Assembly (NCBI GenBank): GCA_964019335.1
Contig: OZ025717.1
Location: forward strand, 124,001-188,000
DNA: 64,000 nt
DNA from: Diplonema japonicum
Lineage: Eukaryota; Protista; Euglenozoa: Diplonemea
Reading direction: 5' to 3'
Positions within the stretch are counted from its first letter, which is position 1; every line of letters starts with the position of its first letter. The position numbers were made by a program, and so were the translations under genes. Shown piece by piece: positions 63,876-64,000 of this stretch. The notes below the pieces were generated by a model, which worked only from the letters and a program-made list of their open reading frames with translations, searched no databases and was not told the origin of the DNA.

Positions 63876-64000
63876 TTACCCAAAAGGTTCCTGTTCTTTT
63901 AAGAAGGATGGGAAAGAACTTGACTTGAAGGTGGTGTTATAAGGGCAGGAGCCCAGCCACCGATGGTCATAGGGGGGTAGGATAGTAGAGGGGGCACGAG
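63876..64000 (-). CDS. Possible 3' end of the next minus-strand gene (frame ambiguous)
   Basis: Balanced-composition sequence with two open minus frames (stops at 63899 and 63876). Confidence 0.3.
   Translation of the reverse strand, partial: RAPSTILPPYDHRWLGSCPYNTTFKSSSFPSFLKEQEPFG

Noticed and set aside
1-64000. tRNA, rRNA or spliced-leader RNA genes; non-canonical introns; alternative genetic code
   Set aside because: None recognised by eye. All reconstructed introns are GT-AG, and the genes translate with the standard code using TAA, TAG and TGA as stops.

Overview
Eukaryotic nuclear DNA, most likely from a euglenozoan protist. A diplonemid is my best inference and was not confirmed by any search. 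About 35 protein-coding genes all lie on the minus strand, separated by short homopolymer-rich spacers, as in a polycistronic, trans-spliced gene array. Six genes carry tiny GT-AG introns of 35-66 nt that the ORF track misses. I reconstructed 14 of these: 13 lie within about 420 coding nt of the stop codon, and several have A-tracts instead of a polypyrimidine tract before the AG. The window also holds two piggyBac relics (TTAA TSDs, perfect TIRs) and one Sola-like relic. An intron-free, high-GC3 block at 31.5-48.4 kb encodes mostly secreted or metabolic enzymes (GSTs, GH27, GH18, METE, a beta-helix protein, sedolisin, an AOC-like protein). Several intergenic segments fold into long RNA structures with no obvious family, notably 17695-17932 and 54365-54550. 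All family assignments come from motif recognition by eye; no database search was run.
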